A DNA stretch of 64,000 nt, taken from contig NIVC01003350.1 in assembly GCA_002269645.1 (NCBI GenBank), positions 7,888 to 71,887 on the forward strand, read 5' to 3'. Numbering within the stretch: the first letter of the stretch is position 1; each line of letters opens with the position of its first letter. The notes beneath the pieces were generated by a model. That model worked only from the letters and a program-made list of their open reading frames with translations. It did not search any database and had not been told where the DNA came from. Origin of the DNA: Macrostomum lignano (Eukaryota). Of this stretch, positions 23,195 to 35,046 are shown one piece after another. Both the position numbers and the translations under genes were made by a program.

Positions 23195-24510
23195 TCAAGT
23201 GAGCGGAGATGGCAGCCCTGGCAGCGATCAACGCGGTGACGGTGGCGGACCCGCTGCTCATGTTGGTGATTCTGCGTCACGGCGTTCCCTAAGAGCTTAT
23301 TCAATTTTAACTGAAATCGGACAATCAAATAAATTGTCAATACAATGTGACTATTGCGTCCCACAGAATAAAAGCAGAATGCTCCATTACGCATTTTGAG
23401 AAATTTTCTAGCCACAAGAATGAACTACTTTCTACGCTAGCTAATTGTGAAAAATTAAGTAGGCTGGATGGCACTTAACAATTTTTTTGCAATTTTTTCC
23501 GGCTTGTCCCTCCCTGACGGCTATGGTGGCGAGTCGAGACTTTCGGATGTCTATTTGTCTCTGGTCAGCAGTGCTCAACATTCAAGCACTAAGAGAGATG
23601 GCTTCATATGCAAAACCGAAGGGCAGACGAAGGGTCCTTTCCAGTGTGCCCGAACAAGAACAGGGAGTGGCATGCTCTGCTAAAATACATACCTATGGTA
23701 AGCAGCGGCTCGTTAGCGAGCAAGTGACCATATACCTCGACATAGACAAGGTTTAAATCTATATAGTTACTTAATACTTATGCGCCACCCGGTATGTGGT
23801 TATAGATTAAAACACGGGCAAGCCGGTAGAAAGTAGAAAGCCGGTAGTAGGCAGGGTGTATGAGCAATGCTGAGGCGTGACGTGAGGCAGGGTGTATGAG
23901 CAATGCTGAGGCGTGACGTGAGGCAGGGTGTATGAGCACTGCTGAGGCGTGACGTGAGGCAGGGTGTATGAGCACTGCTGAGGCGTGACGTGAGGCAGGG
24001 TGTATGAGCACTGCTGAGGCGTGACGTGAGGCAGGGTGTATGAGCACTGCTGAGGCGTGACGTGAGGCAGGGTGTATGAGCACTGCTGAGGCGTGACGTG
24101 AGGCAGGGTGCATGAGCACTGCTGAGGCGTGACGTGAAACCGGAGCAAGCGACTGAAACAGAAATTTCACCCCAGGTCCTGTAGAGAACAGCATTTCCTG
24201 CATAAGGAGGAAAATTGCATGAGGAGAAGAGGCGGCTTCAACAATTGTCCTGAGTACAGACAGGCAGCTGCAGCTTTTAGATCGATAATTGTCAACCATG
24301 CAGCTTCTTGGCAGTAGCTTCAGCCGTAAGAACTGCGCTGCTGAAAATGGTAAAAATCTGCTTCAGTCTCTCCTTGAGTTGCCTGCTGCTTGCAAGCTTA
24401 CTTTTTCTGCTGAAGAGGCTAATCTTTTGCTAAGTGAAGTTAGTGCTGCAGTCGCTCACACTGATGAGGCACAAGAGGAGATGCGCAGTGGGGATGCAGT
24501 GGAGGCTGAG
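23195..24510 (+). pseudogene. Probable degenerate P-element/THAP9-like transposase remnant interrupted by a tandem repeat
   Basis: Broken frames give ...STKRDGFI..., GPVENSISCIRR and MRRRGGFNNCPEYRQAAAAFRSII. These resemble the THAP9/P C-terminal motifs RKTGF, QDxLExFFxxIR and GGFNNNP. Many stops; family assignment is from memory only. Confidence 0.4.
23850..24136 (+). repeat. 36-bp minisatellite (gaggcagggtgtatgagcactgctgaggcgtgacgt)
   Basis: About 8 tandem copies. Confidence 0.95.
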
Positions 24511-25429
24511 TAACATTTGCACTCTCAGTTCTCACTCGTGACTTCGCTCGAGTTGAAGTCGCACATTTAGGCCTTTTATTCGACCGCGATTGCATCATTA
24601 GTGCAAGAGTCAAAAGAGAATTGCTCAAAGCAGCAGGATGTTTGTAGTGCATGTGCCCTTGTCTTTTTGGCAGGGCGCGATGCACTTTAGGACTCGCTGA
24701 GGGGGGGGGGTTGGCGTTCGTGGCAAGGTTCGTTTGGCCGCTGGGCTTTGTGCGCACCCCTCCCCAACCGTGCGCCCTGCCCCATGCTCTGAGTTGGTTG
24801 GCTGCGGCCGGGCCGGCTTTGGCGCCGGCGCTGCACCCCTCCCCCAGGCGGGGTTTTGATTGGCTGGCCGGTGCGGGTCTCTATTTTTGTCGGCTTAGCC
24901 GGTGGGGCCGGGCCGTCTGCCCTCAGGCCTGACTTGATATTTATACTTTTTTTGCACGCCCCCTTGTTGCATGTTCCTTCTTGCGCCCGCCTTTTTGTGA
25001 CGCCGCACGACTCACAGCGGTCTGAGAAAGTCTCAGAGACAGATTCGGTTAAGAGTAAGCAGCCGAAAAGCTTTAAAATTTAACCCCGAGACCGGGCCAG
25101 AGAAGTAAATTGTAGACCGCTAAATCCACCAGCGAGCAAGACCGCCCCGTGTCCTGGTAAGTTATTGCCACCGGTGCGAACTCAAATAAAAGCGCGTTCG
25201 GTAACTCAGCCACTGGTAGCCGCCTGCTTTGAGTATTCACTCTTTTCTGGGAAGCTTGATAGGCTACGCTCTTACAGTAACTTCTTTCCAGAGCGTCATA
25301 ACGCCAGGAGAGCATATGTACTTTTATTGTACTTATACTGTACCACTGTATAAGCACCAGAGTGTCGCAGCACCTCTGGGAGCAACGCGAGTTCTGAGCG
25401 TCATCACGCCAAAACAAGCTTACTCATAC

Positions 25430-26570
25430 CCAGAGCGTCACAACGCCTGTCAGTAGCAGTATCGCATTGGCAGAGCGTCACAATGCCTGTCAGTAGCAGT
25501 ATCGCATTGGCAGAGCGTCACAACGCCTGTCAGTAGCAGTATCGCATTGGCAGAGCGTCACAACGCCTGTCAGTAGCAGTATCGCATTGGCAGAGCGTCA
25601 CAACGCCTGTCAGTAGCAGTATCGCATTGGCAGAGCGTCACAATGCCTGTCAGTAGCAGTATCGCATTGGCAGAGCGTCACAATGCCTGTCAGTAGCAGT
25701 ATCGCATTGGCAGAGCGTCACAATGCCCGTCAGTAGCAGTATCGCATTGGCAGAGCGTCACAATGCCTGTCAGTAGCAGTATCGCATTGGCAGAGCGTCA
25801 CAATGCCTGTCAGTAGCAGTATCGCATTGGCAGAGCGTCACAATGCCTGTCAGTAGCAGTATCGCATTGGCAGAGCGTCACAACGCCTGTCAGTAGCAGT
25901 ATCGCATTGGCAGAGCGTCACAATGCCTGTCAGTAGCAGTATCGCATTGGCAGAGCGTCACAATGCCTGTCAGTAGCAGTATCGCATTGGCAGAGCGTCA
26001 CAACGCCTGTCAGTAGCAGTATCGCATTGGCAGAGCGTCACAATGCCCGTCAGTAGCAGTATCGCATTGGCAGAGCGTCACAATGCCTGTCAGTAGCAGT
26101 ATCGCATTGGCAGAGCGTCACAATGCCTGTCAGTAGCAGTATCGCATTGGCAGAGCGTCACAATGCCTGTCAGTAGCAGTATCGCATTGGCAGAGCGTCA
26201 CAACGCCTGTCAGTAGCAGTATCGCATTGGCAGAGCGTCACAATGCCTGTCAGTAGCAGTATCGCATTGGCAGAGCGTCACAATGCCTGTCAGTAGCAGT
26301 ATCGCATTGGCAGAGCGTCACAACGCCTGTCAGTAGCAGTATCGCATTGGCAGAGCGTCACAATGCCTGTCAGTAGCAGTATCGCATTGGCAGAGCGTCA
26401 CAATGCCTGTCAGTAGCAGTATCGCATTGGCAGAGCGTCACAATGCCTGTCAGTAGCAGTATCGCATTGGCAGAGCGTCACAATGCCTGTCAGTAGCAGT
26501 ATCGCATTGGCAGAGCGTCACAATGCCTGTCAGTAGCAGTGTCGCATTGGCAGAGCGTCACAATGCCTGC
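25430..26570 (+). repeat. 40-bp minisatellite (cagagcgtcacaatgcctgtcagtagcagtatcgcattgg), ~28 copies
   Basis: Near-perfect tandem copies differing mainly at one C/T site. Confidence 0.97.
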
Positions 26571-27404
26571 TGGTACCACTTAGAGTACTTAGGCTGGGCA
26601 CCCGAACCTACTCGGGTGACTACAAGTTTGTTTTGTTTTTTGGCCATTTTCATTGCATATTTCCACTACATTGACTTCTACCAGCGCTCCTTGAAATGCT
26701 TTTTTCATTACTATGCGAGCCAGGCTGTCCGTCTTACTATGGGCGTCTATTTGTAGTTTGAATTTTTTAAATTTCAATATGTGCAGAAAAAGTCTTATAA
26801 TTTCAATGGCTCTTCTGTTCAACTGCAAGTTTCGATCGCAAGTCGCCAAGCCTCAACTCCGCAGCCTTCTTTTAAATTTATAATAAAACTGCCTCAGTAA
26901 CCAATAGCAATCGTAGCAAAAGAGTTCGAATGGCTAGAAAGTATGGGAATTATATTTGATGAGAAAGTTTGGACGCCTGCAAGCCAGTTTCATGATCGGA
27001 CCCGGCTGTCGTGCATCCTTCGGCAGCTCCACCAGTGTTGCAGCTGTATCGCTGTCGCAGATCTTGGGAGCTGATCTCAGCAGTTTTCGTGGGAACCCGA
27101 AGTTCTTAGTGCAAGCCAATTTCAGCCGGCTGAACTTTTCTAACTTTCACTTGTGCAAACAATTAAGCGTGGGAAGCACAATGAACTCCTGCTGAACTGG
27201 TCTTGCTGTCCTGGGCTGATCGGCTGATTGCTGATGTGCGTACTGCTGAGATCGTTGATGCTGCTGCTGCTGATGGTGCGAGCCGAGCAAGGTTGGGTGT
27301 CTCAGACAAAGGCTAGCGTCCGCAACGTTGGGGCCTGCTTCTTAACTTTGGTCCCCTCGCTCCAGGCTCACATTGGATCCTCTCGTTGCCGTCCAGCCTC
27401 GGCT

Positions 27405-27670
27405 AGGTGACACGACCAGGTGACACGACCAGGTGACACGACCAGGTAACACGACCAGGTGACACGACCAGGTGACAGGACCAGGTGACACGACTAGGTG
27501 ACACGACCAGGTGACACGACCAGGTGACACGACCAGGTGACACGACCAGGTGACACGACCAGGTGACACGACCAGGTGACACGTCCAGGTGACACGACCA
27601 GGTGACACGTCCAGGTGACAGGTCCAGATGACACGACCAGGTGACACGTACAGGTGACACGTCCAGGTGT
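27405..27670 (+). repeat. 13-bp minisatellite (gtgacacgaccag)
   Basis: About 20 tandem copies. Confidence 0.95.
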
Positions 27671-28362
27671 CCTAGCCTATCCCCGTTCCTAAACTCATGA
27701 GCATGTTCTTATGGCTCATACTTATTAATGCAGAGAATTGAGAATTCTCGTAAATTTCACGCGTACGAGCGTACCACTTAGAAAGCTTACTAGAAGGCTA
27801 AGCAAATTTATATTTTCTACAGTGTCGCGGTAGTCTCTTTGTATTTTACTCGTCAATTGAGTAGTGTAGCAGATCGCAACCGAGATTGTACGCGGCATTC
27901 ACCTAAATAGACACAGCGCCGTGGGGTGGAGGGATATAGAGGATAGGGAATTGTTAGACGGTGAGAGAGGACTCAAAGTCCTACACTTCTGATCTGCACC
28001 CATCAGCACGCGGGGGATGTTGAGTATCATAGGCTAACGCAGACAGTGGTAAAAAACAAAAGCAATGATCCTCATAAAAATGAGAGAAGCAGATCAAAGT
28101 CAAGACAAAAAACAGTGTTTGACAGACCGAATTCACTTGCCGATCTGCCTTTAGACCGGAACTACAGGTGTAACAGCCACTAGGGGAGACTGAGAAAGAA
28201 GCATTTGAGCTGCTGACTCCACTGACGGGCACGCACAATGCAGCATAATTAAGTTGCCTATGGCAGATATACAGAACAAAAACCATCGTAAGTGGGAATA
28301 AAAATTTGCGACCCCAATAAAAATAATGAAGTAAGTAAGAAGGCAGAACGAAATGCTAGTAG

Positions 28363-28478
28363 CCAAAGCCATAGCCATAGCCATAGCCATAGCCATAGCC
28401 ATAGCCATAGCCATAGCCATAGCCATAGCCATAGCCATAGCCATAGCCATAGCCATAGCCATAGCCATAGCCATAGCC
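28363..28478 (+). repeat. (AGCCAT)n hexanucleotide microsatellite
   Basis: About 19 perfect copies. Confidence 0.97.
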
Positions 28479-28601
28479 AACATACTCGTACCAGCGCAAA
28501 TTCAAGTCACACACAAAAGAAACCGCATTACAACAGTTATGACAAGCGAATCAAATATATAATGAAAGAATAAAGTACATGCTGACATCTTACCCAAACT
28601 C

Positions 28602-29582
28602 CTACCTGATATCCACATCTCCTTGAAAGTTTTCGATGCTTGAGAATTTCCGAAGCAAACTGAATCACTGTGAGCTCACCCATCAGCTGGAAGAATCGAA
28701 TCTCGCAGATGGTCAGGACCACTCCTGTCAGGGTCTGAACCCGCAGCACTCTGCCGGTGAGACCGCAGCTCACATTGAAGACGGACTCGGGGGTCTCCGT
28801 AAAGTAGCTGGCGCACTGAACTCCGTCCATCAGCAGCTGGAAGTTCGCCAGTCTCTCCGGGCAGCAGTCGGCTCGATTCCATAGTGTGACGAAGTCGACT
28901 CGAGCTGGGGAGCCGAACTCGGCCTGCCACCAGGCTGCCGGGTCTGACCTGTTGGTAGCTGAGCAGCTGTCAGAGTTCCAGTACTGCGCTGTGCTGCCGT
29001 CGATGGCCCTGCCGCAGGGGGCGACAAGCGAATGTTCAGAGCTCTGTTGGCAGGAGTCTGGCATCAGCGGCTGCACAACTGGCTGCGTCATCAGTTGCGG
29101 CCTGAAATCGACAATTGACAATTGGCTTCTTCTGACTGGCAGGGTTTGCATTTGAGATCTCGGAAACAAAAGGTCACAGATTCGAACCCGCGTCGCTTTG
29201 GCCACATGACGTTTGACGCACAGAATTGCTTTGATGAAGACAAACGGATAACTGAGATAAAAAACAGAGTATGTACATGAAAGATGCAAAATTTGCGCCT
29301 GTGCACGAAGGAATTGTAAATATGGGTGCTCAGGGGGCAGCCGAATGACGTGCCTAAATAGGAAATAGCCTAACCAGCAGTTGTCTGACTGTCACCAGAA
29401 GTTGCAACCTGTACCACTTTTTTTAAATTTGTTACTACGTGAATAAACCCCATGAAAAGCGGCCAGAACAATCCTACTAATGCAGATTTTACATCTCAGC
29501 AAACACTTGGCATGCACAGGTCACACACTTGTGGCACTCACCAAACAGCTGGTAGTATTAAAGCAATCAATGTAAACTTCAT
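28602..29582 (-). CDS. Secreted F-type lectin paralogue 2, ~160 aa
   Basis: Exons 29582-29542 (MKFTLIALILPAV + TG), 29101-28680, and a probable terminal mini-exon 28621-28602 (GDVDIR*). Same exon phases as paralogue 1. Domain RAIDG...CSAT...WWQAEFG...WNRADCCPERL...LTICEIRFF. Confidence 0.85.
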
Positions 29583-29649
29583 TTGATTTGAAATTACCTA
29601 AGCAAGATTAAAAATCTAAACTCAATCTCACGAGAAATTCATTATCACA

Positions 29650-29810
29650 CTGAGCAGTGCAGTGAATATATATATCCGTTCGATTGAGAAGATGAGCCAC
29701 TTGCAGCTCAGCTCTCTTCGCTGGTGCTGATTGGTCCGGGGTGCGGTAAGTCCTGTAAAACAGCTTGTAGTTTGAAGTTCGCTTTGCTACCCATGAGTAG
29801 CAACCGAATT
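29650..29810 (-). promoter_or_regulatory. Putative promoter of lectin 2 (CCAAT + TATATATAT)
   Basis: ccggaccaatcagcacc and tatatatat-tcactgcac on the minus strand; paralogous to 22480-22620. Confidence 0.45.
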
Positions 29811-29829
29811 CTTTCAGCAATGATACCAA

Positions 29830-30535
29830 ATCGTGATTAAAATCATGTAATCATGTAAAACCGTGATTAAAATCATGTAATCATGTAAAATCGTGATTAA
29901 AATCGTGTAATCATTTAAAATCGTGATTAAAATCATGTAATCATGTGAAATCATGATTAAAATCGTGTAATAATGTAAAATCGTGATTAAAATCATGTAA
30001 TAATGTAAAATCGTGATTAAAATCATGTAATCATATGTGAAATCGTGAATAAAATCATGTAATCATGTGAAATCGTGATTAAAATCATGTAATCATGTGA
30101 AATCATGATTAAAATCGTGTAATAATGTAAAATCGTGATTAAAATCATGTAATCATGTGAAATCGTGATTAAAATCATGTAATCATGTGAAATCGTGATT
30201 AAAATCATGTAATCATGTGAAATCGTGATTAAAATCATGTAATCATGTGAAATCGTGATTAAAATCATGTAATCATGTGAAATCGTGATTAAAATCATGT
30301 AATCATATGTGAAATCGTGATTAAAATCATGTAATCATATGTAAAATCGTGATTAAAATCATGTAATCATGTGAAATCGTGATTGAAATCATGTAATCAT
30401 ATGTGAAATCGTGATTAAAATCATGTAATCATATGTAAAATCGTGATTAAAATCATGTAATCATGTGAAATCGTGATTGAAATCATGTGTTCATATAAAA
30501 TCGTGATTAAAATCATGTAATCATGTGAAATCGTG
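29830..30535 (+). repeat. ~30-bp AT-rich minisatellite (aaatcgtgattaaaatcatgtaatcatgtg)
   Basis: Tandem copies visible directly. Confidence 0.93.
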
Positions 30536-31239
30536 AATCCATTATTTTACGACCTAATTTTTGTCAGCCACAGACGATACGATTGTGGGATACAATCGCT
30601 TTCAGAAAATTAGTTTGATCTACTCAAAATAAGTGTCAAAATGAGTGTCATGGACTCAAATAGAGTGACAAGTAAAAAGTATTTTCCAGTGACTGATGAA
30701 TTTACGCCATTCTAATAACAAGTTGTCTTTGGAAGGTGAAGCCTAATCACTGCACGAATTAAAAAAGTTCAAGACTCACATTAATAACTATTATCATGTT
30801 AATAAAGAATAGTACACCCGAATTAATACACCTATGAATATGCTAAAATACATAAGCTGCTGGCATGCATGTCATGCTGACGTACATGAAAGCTTTGATG
30901 CACTTCTAACAGCACCCAAAACGACTGCTCACCTGAACCTTACCCGTCAAGAGGTTCTGGAGCCAAATGAAATGCAAGCAGATGAACCTCCATAAACTCA
31001 CCATCAGTCTGAGTTCGCAGGGAGTGGCTTAAGTAGTCTTTTAGGCGAACACCAGGAGTACACAGGTGACGTCACTGCTATACCTTCGATTTGTGCGATT
31101 TAAGCTGGTGGACTCAGCTGTGTTTTAACCAGCTTCTTAAAGAGAATTAAACAGCTGAGATTCTTTGTTTAATGATCTCCGTGTTTCTTATTCAAAGTTA
31201 TAATGAAAAGCTTGATAATCTGCAACTAGAGCGACTCAC

Positions 31240-32914
31240 CCGTCAGCTGGAAGAATCGAATCTCGCAGATGGTCAGGACCGATCCAGTCCGAGTCTGAAC
31301 CCCCAGCACTCTGCCGCTGAGGCCGCAGCTCACATTGAAGACGGACTCGGGAGTCTCTGTGGAGTAGCTGGCGCACTGAACTCCGTCCATCAGCAGCTGG
31401 AAGTTCGCCAGCCTCTCCGGGCAGCAGTCGGCTCGATTCCACAGTGTGACGAAGTCGACTTGAGCTGGGGAGCTGAACTCGGCCTGCCACCAGGCTGCCG
31501 GGTCTGAGACGCTGGAGTGTGAGCAGCTGTCAGAGCTCCAGTACTGCGCTGTGTTGCCGTCGATGGCCCCGTCGCAGCGGATGTTGGCCCGGTATTGAGA
31601 GCTCTGCTGGCAGGACGCGGGGCTCAGTGCGATCGGCTGGACCTCAGCCCGAGCTGTCTGCCTGCCTCAGCCTCAGCCCGAATCGAACCCGCCACTGCCC
31701 ATAGCAGCAGCCTGCAACAGTTTGAGCGAGGACTTCCAGTTCCGGTAGATGTACACCCACCGGCCAATCACAATCGTGTAGAAGTTTTCGAGTGCACTGG
31801 TCATATACAGTACTGCATGTAGGCTCACATGTGAGTTGGTTCACATAAAGTTTGTGAAGCTTATGAAACTTATGAAACACACGAAATCGAATGAAGTTTA
31901 TAAGTGCACACATTGTCGGACATCTTACTACAGTGAATTGCAGGTTGGTTCTCTCATTAGTTGGCGTTACAGCGACTTGCTTATTCATTTCTTAGTTCAT
32001 CTGCACTTGTTTGTTTACTCTGTTTTCTCTCCCTCTGTCCGGTTCAGTCTTGTTATCTCTCTCTCCCTCGCTGCCTCTGATTGGCTCCTCAATCTCGCCT
32101 CTTTCCTCAGTCGCGCACTCCACCCCTACTCCCTACTTTTCTCATCTGCTCTTGTCTCCAATTTATTGCCTTATAAATATACCCGTTTGGGCCTGCCTGC
32201 GTCCGACTTAACTTGTTTGTTTTCAAATAAGGTAATTACATGTAATAGCTGCTCTGGTTCCAATGGTAAGAGCTACGTAAGATGCATAAATCGGCCATTA
32301 TCCAGTGTCCCTTCAAAATATAAAACTCTCAGTATCGAGTCACTGCACCTCACTGACTCACTCCACCTCTCACTGTTTCACTAAACCTCTCATTTCACTC
32401 CACCTCTCACTGTTTCACTAAACCTCTCATTTCACTCCACCTCTCACTGTTTCACTAAACCCCTCATTTCACTCCACCTCTCACTGTTTCACTAAACCCC
32501 TCATTTCACTCCACCTCTCACTGTTTCACTAAACCCCTCATTTCACTCCACCTCTCACTGTTTCACTAAACCCCTCATTTCACTCCACCTCTCACTGTTT
32601 CACTAAACCCCTCATTTCACTCCACCTCTCACTGTTTCACTAAACCCCTCATTTCACTCCACCTCTCACTGACTCACTCCACCTCTCACTGTCCCACTCC
32701 AACTCTCACTGACTCACTCCACCTCTCACTGTCCCACTCCAAATCTCACTGACTCACTCTACATCTCACAGTTCCACACTACCTCTCACTGTCCCACTCT
32801 ACCTCTTACTGTCCCACCACTATAACTCTCGCTTACTCCAATTCCTACAGAAATCAAAACAGCAACCTGAACAGCAGACACTTACCAGCATGCAGTGAAT
32901 TTTGCAGCAAGCAT
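31240..32914 (-). CDS. F-type lectin paralogue 3 (canonical His retained; apparent frameshift after the signal peptide, possibly a pseudogene)
   Basis: Exon 32914-32886 (MLAAKFTAC + TG) splices to 31711 giving WLLLWAVAGSIRAEAE, but this frame is out of register with the domain (QQSSQY...AIDG...CSHS...WWQAEF...WNRADCCPERL...TICEIRFFQLT, donor at 31240). An alternative AG giving an exon start at 31661 is in frame. Last exon not resolved. Confidence 0.7.
32385..32820 (+). repeat. ~37-bp minisatellite (cactccacctctcactgtttcactaaacccctcattt) in lectin-3 intron
   Basis: Tandem copies visible, decaying to the right. Confidence 0.9.
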
Positions 32915-33744
32915 CAGTCCGACAGAGTACCTTATTGAACACTGCTGCAGCGCCGGCATATAAGAACCCAAGGCCCAGATTGCCAGCCAATGAGGCTTCA
33001 GCAGCAGAAACTAAAGAAAGCCAGCTGAACTCAGCAAGCAAAAGCAATTGAAATTGGAAACTATTAATTTATATTTACAGTCGCGTAAACAAATTAAAAA
33101 ATAGTTGACAATAGAAATAAATAATAAGTTGTTGATCAGTAGAATTAAAGCTAATGAAATTTCCAACTGTCTTTAACCTCTATGTACAGGTAAATTATTA
33201 AAAAATTAATTCGCGCAGCAGAAGTGCTTAGAGAGAAAAAATGTAAAAAATGAAGAAAATATTAAAAATGTTAAAGTATGATAGATGAACAACCAGCATC
33301 TGCTCAGATTTCGCATTAGGTCTACAACGCCTGATCCTGACCACTGAAGCAAATGAAATAGAATAGATGTTAACACCGAATCTTGAAGCAAAAAGTTACA
33401 ATGAACTGCTAGACAAGGTTAATAAAAATCAGTCCATGCAGCCGGTTGCCATGGTGATTCGGTAGGCAATAAACACGGGGAACAAGCATAGCTCATACAT
33501 TTATATTTATCAGTAATACTAAGAATTCAATCCGAGTGGAGACAGGGATGCTCAAGCAGTTTGCTGAACTGGCTACACAGCAATTCAAGATTTTCATTCA
33601 ATGCAACCGGTAGAAAAAAGTATGGGAACTGAGTTGCTCAGTTAATAGAAGATGAAGATATTTCATGCGGTGCTGACACGGACTGTTATGTACAGGCTGA
33701 AAGGGACATTGTCATGCGAGCAGGGAGGTAGGGAGGTAGACAGA

Positions 33745-33775
33745 CCGGCAGACACACACACAGACAGACAGACAC

Positions 33776-33830
<55 letters not shown>
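33745..33830 (+). repeat. (GACA)n microsatellite in RXR 3' region; a second tract lies at 34995-35047 in RXR intron 1
   Basis: Direct reading. Confidence 0.9.
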
Positions 33831-33843
33831 GCAGTCGGGAAGC

Positions 33844-35010
33844 TCAAGGCTCGGCGAGCATCTCGGCCAGGAAGGAGTCCTCGGGAGTCTGGCCCACCAG
33901 CTGGAAGAAGAACAAGTGCTCCAGGGTCTTTAGGCCGATGCTGCGCAGAGCCGGCAGCCGTAGCAGTAGCCTGGAGAAGCGGCCGGATTCGTCCGGGTAG
34001 GCGTTCCGGCAGTACTCCTCCAGAGCCAAGTAGAGCTTGTCGCGCACCTGACCAAGCGGATGAGGTCGACCAAAGCAAAGAATTGATAATGAGTTGGGAT
34101 AATCGTAAATCAACTTATTCTTCCTTATTATTCCTAAGGAGGTCAGACTCAACCCGAGGGGCAGTGGAGCTAGTCCTATATACTAAATGCAATCAGAAAG
34201 CTCAGCTCTCATTTAGCCCGAGGGGGGGGCAGTGGAGCTAGTCCTATATACTAAATGCAATCAGAAAGCTCAGCTCTCATTTAACCCGAGGGGGGGCTAT
34301 ATATGAGGTGCTACTATACATCAAACGATGCTCTTTTAATAAGACTGATAATTTAGGGTACACTAGGGGGGGTACTTAGTACCCTGCTCGAGCCACCCAT
34401 CTTAATGCAGCCACCGAAAGCGATAGGCAACTAAACTTGAGCTCCACAGTTAGCCGTGCTGTGATAGGGTAGCATCTCTGAGCTGCGATAGAAAGACAGG
34501 GTGCGATTAAAACGAATATCACAACACCGAGTAAAAAACAAAGTACATTTTCTAGTTAAATAATAAAAGTGCGAACCCACCTGTTCCACCAGCGGCCTGG
34601 CCGTGAGCGACCTAGCGTCGGAGTTGAACAGCACGATGGCTTTGAGGCAGCCCAGCTCGGTCCGGTCCATCCGCATCTCGCGCATTTTTTGCACCAGCTC
34701 CACCAGGATCCTGTCAAAGATGGCGCCGACTCCGTGCTCTTTGGCCACCTCGCGATGCACGTGGAAACCTGTGGCCAGCAGGATGCCGTTGCTCACCACC
34801 GTGCTGCGATAAGAAAACGACGCAATCAGCAGTTCGTTCCAACTGCTCTTGATCAGCACCACCTGGTCTTCTAGGGGCAGCTCGCAGAAATGCGGCAGCT
34901 GCTTGGCCCAGTTCACCAGCGCCATCAGCTGCTTGTCGGCCGCCTGGCAGATGCGGCTCACCTGGACAGGTGGGGAGACGGCCGGTTAGTAGAAAGACAG
35001 ACAGGCAGGC

Positions 35011-35046
<36 letters not shown>

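Noticed and set aside
26900-27400. GC-rich, exon-like segment (Gln-rich or ELPKDARQ frames)
   Set aside because: No consistent frame, splice pair or recognisable family.
28151-28573. Ser-His, Ala-Ile and Ala-Met repeat proteins
   Set aside because: Translations of an (AGCCAT)n microsatellite, with no supporting gene structure.
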